IMG/VR virus record: IMGVR_UViG_3300046167_000801 | Origin: a virus | Lineage: Duplodnaviria > Caudoviricetes | Length of the DNA: 64,000 nt | Reading direction: 5' to 3' (one strand) | Shown here: piece by piece, positions 49,497 through 57,501 of the stretch | Numbering within the stretch: the stretch's first letter is position 1 | Layout of the letters: each line of letters opens with the position of its first letter | Made by a program: the position numbers and the translations under genes | The notes under the pieces: generated by a model | Seen by the model: the letters and a program-made list of their open reading frames with translations, nothing else | The model's database searches: none | Told to the model about the DNA's origin: nothing

Positions 49497-49500
49497 AACC

Positions 49501-49704
49501 CTACAGAACTCCTCTTTTTATAAGTTCTTTCTTAATTATATTCTTTTTTTTGTTATATGAGGGAGATTCGTACAGTTTTTTTAATTCTTCAGTAGAAGTA
49601 TTGGAAGTAGTATGGTGCTTGTAGTACCACTTACTGTTCATTATTTTACCTTTAGAATCTCTCATGTATTCTTTAGAAGAAGGTTTAATTTTATTTGATG
49701 CCAT
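49501..49704 (-). CDS. Basic hypothetical protein, 67 aa
   Basis: Likely start ATG at 49704 (MASNKIK), preceded by two TATTTAT motifs on the minus strand. Confidence 0.65.
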   Translation of the reverse strand: MASNKIKPSSKEYMRDSKGKIMNSKWYYKHHTTSNTSTEELKKLYESPSYNKKKNIIKKELIKRGVL

Positions 49705-49789
49705 AATTTTATAAATATTATTATAAATACCTATATAAATTACTAAAATAACACTACACAATTATTTTTTTTTCACCTAAATTATTGGT

Positions 49790-51220
49790 GTGGAAAAGGT
49801 TTTCAATTACAAACAAAACAAGAAAACAGATAAAGGTAAATGTCAGGAGAAATGTTCTATTGATATATATCATTACGATGATGTATTGATGGTAGAACTC
49901 TTTTACCTTTTTACCTATATGAGGTTCAACGAAAACAATGAAACCGAGTTCGAGTTAAGAAGACGAGTTGAGACAGAACATAAACTAACGATTGATTTAA
50001 AAACCTCTGACTTCCATGTGTTCTCACAAACAACAAATAAAGGTTTTTTAGGGGATAAGAAATCCTCCAATGGAAGGACCTCCAAGAATAAGTTTTCACA
50101 GTTGGAGGATATAACAAGTGTTGGTTTTTTCGGGGGTTCTAAAAAAGGGTCAAGTTGGGGTAGTCGGTACAAAAAGAAGACTGAAGAGGCGTGGGAACTA
50201 ATAAGGAAAATAATCCAACCTAGAATAAAAGATGAGTACCTTTCAAAAAAGGGGTACAATAAAGTTGAGATAGATCCTTTATACGACCTTATAGTTGATT
50301 TTCACTTAGACAAAAAGAACATCAAAGGTCACGATTTGATTTACATAGATATACAAGAGGATTATCCTAAACAAAAGTATTTAAAAACCAATGATCGTAA
50401 GTTTGTACCTGCGGTATTAGAACAATACGGTATTAAAAACAGACAATTTATTAGTTCCATAAATAATGATAGTGAAGGGATGCCCATTATAATCAAAACA
50501 CTTAATTATTTTAGTAAATTATTTGGTGACAACTACATTGATTATATGAATAGGATAGATTGGCATTTACATTGTTATAAGGCACCCCCCAACAGGAAAG
50601 TACACCCACTTAAAAATGAAACAGAGAAAAGGAACATGGTTAAGTTGATACAAAGATGGGAAGAGGAGGGGTTAAGATTAAATACTGATCTTACATCTGA
50701 TGGTACTTTGATTATGTCTTTATTTCGTTTGTTTGAATTAAGAAACAAGATTGAAAAGAGAGGTATTGAATTGAAATTTACCGCAACAAAGGATTCTGAA
50801 TTAGATACGTTATTTGAAGAATGGGAATCCTTAAGAAAATATTTACAGAAGGGGTACAGAGTTAGATACCTTTTTCCCGATGAATTTGTGAAACATGTTG
50901 AACAACCAATAAAGATCGGAGATGTAACCTACCAACCAAAATTACTATCTAAAGAAGAAGAGTTTAAAGTGGAGGGTCATATAATGAAAAATTGTATGGG
51001 TAATCAGTTTGTTCACGGTGTCGCGTCGATATTTATATCTTTAAGGAAGGGTAAAAGATGGGTAGATGTACAGTATCGTAAAGGTAAAAAAACCATGTGT
51101 TACGGTAAGGCAAATTCCCCCACTCCTTCTGATTTTAAAAGTGCAATAAACACACTCAACAAACGTATGAAAATTTATGATCAAGTTAAGTGGACTAAAG
51201 AGAAATATGATTTGTTATAA
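49790..51220 (+). CDS. PcfJ-like domain protein
   Basis: C-terminal LLSKEEEFKVEGHIMKNCMG...IFISLR...VDVQY; GTG start. Confidence 0.7.
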   Translation: MEKVFNYKQNKKTDKGKCQEKCSIDIYHYDDVLMVELFYLFTYMRFNENNETEFELRRRVETEHKLTIDLKTSDFHVFSQTTNKGFLGDKKSSNGRTSKNKFSQLEDITSVGFFGGSKKGSSWGSRYKKKTEEAWELIRKIIQPRIKDEYLSKKGYNKVEIDPLYDLIVDFHLDKKNIKGHDLIYIDIQEDYPKQKYLKTNDRKFVPAVLEQYGIKNRQFISSINNDSEGMPIIIKTLNYFSKLFGDNYIDYMNRIDWHLHCYKAPPNRKVHPLKNETEKRNMVKLIQRWEEEGLRLNTDLTSDGTLIMSLFRLFELRNKIEKRGIELKFTATKDSELDTLFEEWESLRKYLQKGYRVRYLFPDEFVKHVEQPIKIGDVTYQPKLLSKEEEFKVEGHIMKNCMGNQFVHGVASIFISLRKGKRWVDVQYRKGKKTMCYGKANSPTPSDFKSAINTLNKRMKIYDQVKWTKEKYDLL

Positions 51221-51240
51221 ATTTTTATTTTTCGTATATT
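51212..51240 (+). promoter_or_regulatory. Putative promoter TTG-N20-TATATT
   Basis: 7 nt before the ATG at 51248. Confidence 0.6.
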
Positions 51241-51247
51241 TTATAAT

Positions 51248-51577
51248 ATGGTAGACGTAACAGAAATAGCAATAGAAAAAATAGTGGGTCTAATGATGGA
51301 TGAAGGTATAACCCCCGACACTCACAATCTCAGGGTTGGTGTAAGTGGTGGAGGTTGTAGTGGATTACAATACGAAATGGACTTTGATGATAAAATAAAT
51401 GAGGGTGATAGTGTCTTTGAAGTGGACGCAATAAAGGTGGTTGTTAATAAACCTTCACTACTTTATTTAGCGGGAACAGTGTTAGATTTCCAAGGTGGTT
51501 TAAACGGTAAAGGGTTTGAATGGATCAACCCAAACGCATCAAGAACCTGTGGATGTGGGGAAAGTTTTAGTTTGTAA
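51248..51577 (+). CDS. iscA: A-type Fe-S cluster carrier (IscA/SufA/ErpA, HesB family)
   Basis: LRVGVSGGGCSGLQY, LYLAGTVLDF and NPNASRTCGCGESF. Confidence 0.95.
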   Translation: MVDVTEIAIEKIVGLMMDEGITPDTHNLRVGVSGGGCSGLQYEMDFDDKINEGDSVFEVDAIKVVVNKPSLLYLAGTVLDFQGGLNGKGFEWINPNASRTCGCGESFSL

Positions 51578-51620
51578 GGTTTAAACTAATAAATAAAGTA
51601 TTTATATATAAAACGATCTA

Positions 51621-53198
51621 ATGGAAGAATTAAGTAAAAAAGATATTTTGACTCTTATTGGTGAGAATCTAACCACTATAAGACGACCTGGGTATAAAGG
51701 TTTTGACGAATCTAAGGAGTTAGACGAAATGCCGTTAAGGCCAGACCAACTCCCAAAGAAAGAAATTGAACCAGGTAAACCCACAAAAAAATCTAAAAAA
51801 ATTGTTTTAACTTTAGATAATGGTGAGGAGATGACATTTAGTACATCACAATCAGTTATAAAAGTTGATGGAGAAAATAAGAACACTGTTAAGGTAACAC
51901 AAATACAACCTGGTGATGTTATTGTTGACGACAACAGAAGTGAACAAACCGTCTCTAGTGTGGATCAAAAGGAAGTAATTGCACCTTGGACAGCAATGTT
52001 CGAAACAGACAATGACGGTAAACCGATTGAACATGTTGGTTGGTATAGATATGAAAACGGAGAGGTCACCCCAATTATTTTTACTTGTGAATGGGACGAA
52101 CTGACAGAAAAACACCCTGATTTAGTACCTAAACTAAAAGAGAAATTTGGTAAGGTTAAGTTAAAAGAGGAGAACTGTCCATCATATAAACCAAGAGGTA
52201 GAGATATAGGGGGTGTAAAACCTATCCCTGGCGATGATGGGGAAGAGGTCACTTTTGATAATGCGGATCAAGTACCTGATGCAACAGGGACTAAAACTAC
52301 ATATACTAGGGAGAAGATAAATAGAACATTTAATTCTATCTTAAAAGATGAGTTAGTGGATGATGAAGATTTCGTAACTACATTAAAAAGAATAAGTTTA
52401 CCTGAAATAGTTATCCTTAACCCAAAACACAGAAATAAATACAGTGAAGTAAACGATAAAGAGATTACATTTCAGTCACATAACATAAATTTATATAAAA
52501 CACAGGAAGAGTTCCAAAATACCACAAGGAAAACGGTTATGAGGGGTAGAACACCTGAGTATTTTGAAAGTGATGAGTACAATCCAAAAAAATCCAATAG
52601 TTTAAGAAGACAATACAATTCAGGATATTCTAATTGGTCCAAAACACGTTTTACTCAACAAGGTGCTGGATACGGTAAAACACCTGTATTCAAATTAGAT
52701 AGAGGTGATTTCCCAAATGAAGAAGATTTTTCAGTAATGGTATCATCTGATTTAGAAATAAAAGGTATTGCTCAGGGTGAAGGTGAGATGACATCTGGAT
52801 ATAGATGGGAATTAGTCTATACCGTTGAATACGCAAAGAAATTACCTACTGATAGAGTAGCAAGAAAAATATTCAAGGATGAGGATGTATCAATAAATCT
52901 TTTTGTTGATGTTGATTTAAGTGAAGAAAAGGATTTTGATGGTAAAGTAGATAAAGAACAAGACGGTAAAATTGTTGGTGGGGACACAGGAGATAATCAC
53001 CCATTAACAGATGTTAACATTGTCCAAGGACTAAAAGAAATTTTAGATAACTTCAAGAAAGAAATGAGTGGTAAGAAACAATTCCAATTGGCAGCTAAAA
53101 GGGCTCAAATGACAAGACAGGATGTGGATACTGCAGATATGAGGTTAAATGAAGAAGAAATAAAAGACATCATAAAGAAAACAATAAACAAGAAGTAA
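51621..53198 (+). CDS. Large hypothetical protein with a degenerate Hint-like segment
   Basis: IVLTLDNGEEMTFS...VTQIQPGDVIV...TVSSV; C-terminal RLNEEEIKDIIKKTIN motif; preceded by AAGTATTTAT. Confidence 0.5.
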   Translation: MEELSKKDILTLIGENLTTIRRPGYKGFDESKELDEMPLRPDQLPKKEIEPGKPTKKSKKIVLTLDNGEEMTFSTSQSVIKVDGENKNTVKVTQIQPGDVIVDDNRSEQTVSSVDQKEVIAPWTAMFETDNDGKPIEHVGWYRYENGEVTPIIFTCEWDELTEKHPDLVPKLKEKFGKVKLKEENCPSYKPRGRDIGGVKPIPGDDGEEVTFDNADQVPDATGTKTTYTREKINRTFNSILKDELVDDEDFVTTLKRISLPEIVILNPKHRNKYSEVNDKEITFQSHNINLYKTQEEFQNTTRKTVMRGRTPEYFESDEYNPKKSNSLRRQYNSGYSNWSKTRFTQQGAGYGKTPVFKLDRGDFPNEEDFSVMVSSDLEIKGIAQGEGEMTSGYRWELVYTVEYAKKLPTDRVARKIFKDEDVSINLFVDVDLSEEKDFDGKVDKEQDGKIVGGDTGDNHPLTDVNIVQGLKEILDNFKKEMSGKKQFQLAAKRAQMTRQDVDTADMRLNEEEIKDIIKKTINKK

Positions 53199-53227
53199 TA
53201 TTGGTTTCGGTTCTATTCAAATCTATT

Positions 53228-53261
53228 AGGGGATACAATTTAAATTGTGTCCCTTTTTTTT
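53228..53261 (+). terminator. Rho-independent terminator
   Basis: GGGATACAATTT/AAATTGTGTCCC stem followed by a T-run. Confidence 0.8.
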
Positions 53262-53265
53262 ATTC

Positions 53266-53294
53266 TTGATATATTAAAAAAATATTCTTATATT
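53266..53294 (+). promoter_or_regulatory. Putative promoter TTG-N20-TATATT
   Basis: Directly after the terminator, upstream of 53313. Confidence 0.6.
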
Positions 53295-53312
53295 AATAAC
53301 AAAACATTAAGT

Positions 53313-53522
53313 ATGGTAAGTTTATTAAGACAAGAATGGTTATCCGATCCAAAACTTAAAAAATGGGATTCTGTGGGATGTACCGTAGAAGAAAATTGTA
53401 CTTGTAAAACGGATAAATATCATGTAGAATTGTGGGAACAAGATTCATGTGTTAGAGGTAGAATAGACACCGTTGTTTGTACTAAATGTGACACCATTAA
53501 ATCATTTAATATTGTAAGATGA
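53313..53522 (+). CDS. Small Cys-rich, probably Zn-binding protein, 69 aa
   Basis: CTC and CTKC pairs. Likely start is 53313, since the 53247 start lies in the terminator. Confidence 0.65.
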   Translation: MVSLLRQEWLSDPKLKKWDSVGCTVEENCTCKTDKYHVELWEQDSCVRGRIDTVVCTKCDTIKSFNIVR

Positions 53523-53638
53523 TTAATAGTTATGTTGATTCCACTTGGAACTGTGGTTGTGGTGCATTAAATGCCGGTTACAGAGAGACGTGCGGTGCGT
53601 GTGGGAAACCTAAACCCACACCTAAAATTATCTATTAA
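53519..53638 (+). CDS. 39-aa RanBP2-type zinc-finger microprotein (not in ORF track)
   Basis: MINSYVDSTWNCGCGALNAGYRETCGACGKPKPTPKIIY matches W-x-C-x(n)-C-x3-N-x6-C-x2-C-x3-K-P; ATGA overlap with the upstream stop. Confidence 0.8.
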   Translation: MINSYVDSTWNCGCGALNAGYRETCGACGKPKPTPKIIY

Positions 53639-53662
53639 AATTTTAAACAGATATTTATTGTT

Positions 53663-53938
53663 ATGAGGATTGATTTTAAAAAGATACTTGAGGCATATAA
53701 AGTAAAAATTAGCCCAACCATAGAACAAAAAGATCTGGCACTAAAAAGATTAGAAATTTGTAAAGGATGTGAATTTCTTAAGGGTAGTGTTGAGGATAAT
53801 TTTTGTAGTTGTGGTGTTTGTGGTTGTTTTATACATGGTAAGATATTTACTAATAAAGGGGATGAGTGTCCAAAAGGTAAATGGAGTGAAATAGACCGAG
53901 GACACTTTAAAACAAAAGTTAAAAACACATTAATATGA
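53663..53938 (+). CDS. Cys-rich small protein (R..IC..C...CG.CGC...K...CP.GKW)
   Basis: Motif visible in the translation; preceded by AGATATTTAT. Confidence 0.75.
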   Translation: MRIDFKKILEAYKVKISPTIEQKDLALKRLEICKGCEFLKGSVEDNFCSCGVCGCFIHGKIFTNKGDECPKGKWSEIDRGHFKTKVKNTLI

Positions 53939-55983
53939 GAGCAGTTTTGGTAGGTAATGATTACCTTAAAGATAATAACGGTAATTTTAAACACTTAGAA
54001 AGTAACACTTCTGTTTTACCTTCATTTGCAAGATCCGAAGACTACTTCAACAAGTCTGTATTTGATCAGTTTCTTTTAGATAATAACATAACAAGTATTG
54101 TCATTATAGACGCTTTAGGTCCTACCTTATTACAAGATGGGTTAGACAAACAACATGACGGTAATTCTTCCCATCAAAAGATTAGTCATATGTTATCTAA
54201 TGTATATGGTGAAACTCACAATGTTAGTTTTATCAGTCAAAATCAAGATGGATCTTTACCATTGATCGAGGATGCGGATGATAAACTAATCTTAAGAATT
54301 GCATATGACGACAATGCTTTAGTTGATGAATCATACTGTAAAGATAATTTTGGGTTTCTAAAATTGATATCTGACAGTAATCCCAACTCATTACCTAATG
54401 TATTTTTTAATGATGGGAATGAGATTAGTGTAGATACCATAGGTACGACGATAACAGACAATGGTAACCACCCTAACTTTATTATTAAGGAAAGGTATCC
54501 TACGACCAACTATAAAAATTACCCTAAAGTATATAGAATTAATAGTGTTGAGGAATTAAACACACTTAAAAACGGATTAAATAGTAATGAATTACTTCAG
54601 GAATATATTTGTAACACTAACGATTTAATTGACGGTAAATTAAAAACGTACAGACATATTACAATACTATACGGAAGTGACCTGTCAGTTTTAAATCCGT
54701 TCGACGTATTCTGTCATTCTAATAGGTTACCAATAACAGATGCTGTGGATTACGATGGTACAACAAATGAACTATCTCCATGGGAGAGACCTAAGTACTT
54801 ACAAAAAACAGGGTCAACGGCAGCTTCGAAACTTTATACTGGATCTGAAAACGATAATGTTAAAAAAAGTGATGGTTCGTTAGTTAAACTAAAAGATCTT
54901 AAAGTAGGTGATAACCTCTCAAGTGTGATATTATCGGGATTAGGACCTGATGACGAATCCCATGTTAATTTTTCTTCGAATATAGATGATTTAAATAGTA
55001 GCAATATAATATATTCACCCGTATTTGATGGCCCATTTGGGGGTATGTCTTATACCAAAGAAGAAGGTTATGATCCAACATATAATAACCCAACTACATC
55101 TAACGAATGGGGTGGTTTTGCAAATACCAATACTGAATTGTCAAATGTTACCTTTCAAGAGGGTGGTAAATTAACATTTAATGCATCCTGTGAAGGGTCA
55201 ATTGATGTTAAATTCATATTTGAGAATAACCCATATAATCATAACGGAAATGGTGATGATGATACGTTACCTAGATATAATACTGATTTAATTACAGTTA
55301 GTGGTGAGGGTGGTAAATATTCTATTGAGATCCCATCTCAAGGTTCAAACACTTTTAGTTCTTTTGTATTAAAAGTTATTACTCAGGATTCAAATATTAA
55401 AATTACCAATTTTAAAATTATTACCTACGTAAGTGGACTCACCGATACTTCAGTTAGTACTGATAGTATTATTTCCGAAGAGTCGGGATTTTTTGAACAC
55501 ATTATAACCTTAAGTGGGGGTAAAACATATAACTTTTTAGGTAGAAGTCAAATCCTATCATCAGGACCAAACGATGAGTTGTATCGATTCATGATTGCGG
55601 ATAATTTATTGGTTGGGTGTAAAGTAATAACAAGAGAATTGAGTGGGGGGAACCTTATTCCCGAAACGATAGTTTCTATGGGTTATAGGTACGTCCATGA
55701 AGTTGCATATAGTATAGATGTCGAAGAGGTAGATTACTATTTCAGAACAGATAGTTCTGAAACCCCTACACAAAGTGTTATTCATCACAATAAAGAACAG
55801 ATTGGGTGTATGTGTTATCATAAAGAATTTGAATGGACCAATTGTAGTTGCAATAGTCCATGTGTTTATGCCATGGGTGAATGTATGGAGGATGGTGCGT
55901 TCATAGATTGTTGTGGTTCACAACCAATGTGTTATGGAGGTTCATATTCATCGGGTCCTTGTGGTGATATAGGTAAAGAATAA
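53935..55983 (+). CDS. Multidomain protein: ATP-grasp-like N-terminus, Hint domain interrupted by a CBM-like domain, 63-aa Cys-rich tail
   Basis: GNDYLKDNNGNFKHLESNT, FIIKER and LLQEYI (ATP-grasp-like); VKKSDGSLVKLKDLKVGDNL ... YSIDVEEVDYYF...IHHN (Hint); 10 Cys after HN. Confidence 0.7.
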   Translation: MRAVLVGNDYLKDNNGNFKHLESNTSVLPSFARSEDYFNKSVFDQFLLDNNITSIVIIDALGPTLLQDGLDKQHDGNSSHQKISHMLSNVYGETHNVSFISQNQDGSLPLIEDADDKLILRIAYDDNALVDESYCKDNFGFLKLISDSNPNSLPNVFFNDGNEISVDTIGTTITDNGNHPNFIIKERYPTTNYKNYPKVYRINSVEELNTLKNGLNSNELLQEYICNTNDLIDGKLKTYRHITILYGSDLSVLNPFDVFCHSNRLPITDAVDYDGTTNELSPWERPKYLQKTGSTAASKLYTGSENDNVKKSDGSLVKLKDLKVGDNLSSVILSGLGPDDESHVNFSSNIDDLNSSNIIYSPVFDGPFGGMSYTKEEGYDPTYNNPTTSNEWGGFANTNTELSNVTFQEGGKLTFNASCEGSIDVKFIFENNPYNHNGNGDDDTLPRYNTDLITVSGEGGKYSIEIPSQGSNTFSSFVLKVITQDSNIKITNFKIITYVSGLTDTSVSTDSIISEESGFFEHIITLSGGKTYNFLGRSQILSSGPNDELYRFMIADNLLVGCKVITRELSGGNLIPETIVSMGYRYVHEVAYSIDVEEVDYYFRTDSSETPTQSVIHHNKEQIGCMCYHKEFEWTNCSCNSPCVYAMGECMEDGAFIDCCGSQPMCYGGSYSSGPCGDIGKE

Positions 55984-56001
55984 ATTAAAAACTAAGTTAT
56001 T

Positions 56002-56145
56002 ATGTCAGAAGTAAATAAAAATACCCTTTATAACGATAAAAATCAAATTAGGCCAATTATTGATAAATCCTCTACGGAAGATAAAACAAGTATTGAGAAC
56101 CTAACTAATAGTTTTGTTCAACTAATAAAGGACAAACACCTTTAG
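56002..56145 (+). CDS. 47-aa microprotein MSEVNKNTLYNDKNQIRPIIDKSSTEDKTSIENLTNSFVQLIKDKHL (not in ORF track)
   Basis: Manual translation; fills the gap after the Hint gene. Confidence 0.6.
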   Translation: MSEVNKNTLYNDKNQIRPIIDKSSTEDKTSIENLTNSFVQLIKDKHL

Positions 56146-56148
56146 TAT

Positions 56149-56177
56149 TTGATTTATTAAAATATTATTCGTATATT
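56149..56177 (+). promoter_or_regulatory. Putative promoter TTG-N20-TATATT
   Basis: 6 nt before the ATG at 56184. Confidence 0.6.
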
Positions 56178-56183
56178 ATTTAT

Positions 56184-56435
56184 ATGAGTAATATTGAAAA
56201 AATACATGACCAATTCCCCGAACTTGAAGTTCTTCAGGCAGATGGGTTCGATGATGCAATTGTTGGTTTAGAACCACTAAGTGGTAAATTAATCTATGAC
56301 ATCTCTAAAATGATAGACGTACTTTTGGAAGAAGGTTTATCTCATGAAGATGCAATAGAGTACCTAGATTTTAATGTACTTAACGCATATGTGGGTGAAA
56401 ATACACCACTCTACATACACACCATAGAGGAATAA
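56184..56435 (+). CDS. Conserved phage hypothetical protein
   Basis: LQADGFDDAIVG...YD..KMI...EDAIEYLDFNVLNAYVGENTP, a pattern common in phage proteins. Confidence 0.7.
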   Translation: MSNIEKIHDQFPELEVLQADGFDDAIVGLEPLSGKLIYDISKMIDVLLEEGLSHEDAIEYLDFNVLNAYVGENTPLYIHTIEE

Positions 56436-56635
56436 TGGTATTCATAAGTCAAACATACAAGAAGGCAATTAAAGTTATTGATAGTTGTGAAAATGAAGAA
56501 CAACTAAAGGGGGCATCAAATTATGTGACCCTATTTAAGAATTACTTTGAAAAATTGGGATCTGACGACCAACTAATAGAAATTTATTATTCAGAACTTA
56601 AAAATAAAATACTAACTAGATTAGATGAAAATTAA
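56435..56635 (+). CDS. Hypothetical protein, 66 aa
   Basis: Overlaps both neighbours at start and stop. Confidence 0.65.
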   Translation: MVFISQTYKKAIKVIDSCENEEQLKGASNYVTLFKNYFEKLGSDDQLIEIYYSELKNKILTRLDEN

Positions 56636-57167
56636 AAGTACTGACATAAAAGACTGTTACATAATAGAGTCTGATAAATATGTAGATAATAGGGGACACT
56701 TCCAAGTACCCTTTAATGTCGGTGAATTTAACCAAAAGACGGGAATCACGTTTAAGTTCATCCAAGAGAACGAGTCATTTTCGGAAAAAAATGTTATTAG
56801 AGGATTACATTTTCAAAAACCCCCATTCGAACAATCTAAGTTGGTTAGGTGTATTTATGGTGGTGTAACTGATGTTATATTAGACATTAGAAAAGACTCC
56901 CCAACGTATGGGAGGGTGGTAAAGGTAGAGTTAAAAGGGGGTGATTTACAATCTGTTTTTGTACCTAAAGGTTGTGCACATGGGTTCTCCACACAATCAA
57001 GAGCGGTTTTTAATTATAAAGTTGACAATGTCTATTCTAAAGATAGTGAGGGTGGTGTGATATATAATGACCCCGAGTTAAATATAGATTGGAATGTGGG
57101 TAAAAAACCTAAAATATCTGACAAGGATTTATTACTACCCTTTTTCAAAGATTTAGATATTTATTAG
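56625..57167 (+). CDS. rmlC: dTDP-4-dehydrorhamnose 3,5-epimerase
   Basis: DNRGHF, FIQENESFS, VIRGLHFQ, QSKLVRC, DIRKDSPTYG, GCAHGF, YKVDN.YS and ISDKD. Confidence 0.95.
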   Translation: MKIKSTDIKDCYIIESDKYVDNRGHFQVPFNVGEFNQKTGITFKFIQENESFSEKNVIRGLHFQKPPFEQSKLVRCIYGGVTDVILDIRKDSPTYGRVVKVELKGGDLQSVFVPKGCAHGFSTQSRAVFNYKVDNVYSKDSEGGVIYNDPELNIDWNVGKKPKISDKDLLLPFFKDLDIY

Positions 57168-57179
57168 TAAACAATTATT

Positions 57180-57449
57180 ATGTCAAAAGTCATTAAATTA
57201 AAACAAGAGGATCTTGAGAAGTTAGTTCAGGATGTAATTAACGAACAAGAAGAGTGGAAAGGTTCCACTGATCCTGAGATAATGCAAATGGGACAACAAG
57301 GACCTGAGGAAATGGGGGACGAACCAGAAAGTGTGGAAAGTGACGAAGATGGTGTTCCACTTAAATTAGGTAAAGACGATAAAGGTAATTATTTTGTCTT
57401 TAAAGACGACGGATCGGAATCACCAACAGTATTCAAAATAAATAAGTAA
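57180..57449 (+). CDS. Acidic small protein with N-terminal KVIKLKQEDLEKLVQDVINE motif
   Basis: N-terminal motif of a kind seen in large-phage proteins; preceded by AGATATTTAT. Confidence 0.7.
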   Translation: MSKVIKLKQEDLEKLVQDVINEQEEWKGSTDPEIMQMGQQGPEEMGDEPESVESDEDGVPLKLGKDDKGNYFVFKDDGSESPTVFKINK

Positions 57450-57452
57450 TAT

Positions 57453-57480
57453 AAACCCCACACAGTGGGGTTTCTTATTT
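57453..57480 (+). terminator. Rho-independent terminator
   Basis: AAACCCCAC-aca-GTGGGGTTT stem followed by a T-rich run. Confidence 0.75.
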
Positions 57481-57501
57481 AAAATCAAACTATTTATCAA
57501 T

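Noticed and set aside
53935-55983. A canonical splicing intein with homing endonuclease
   Set aside because: No Cys/Ser at the expected position 1, no block-B His, Lys at +1 and no LAGLIDADG or HNH motif.
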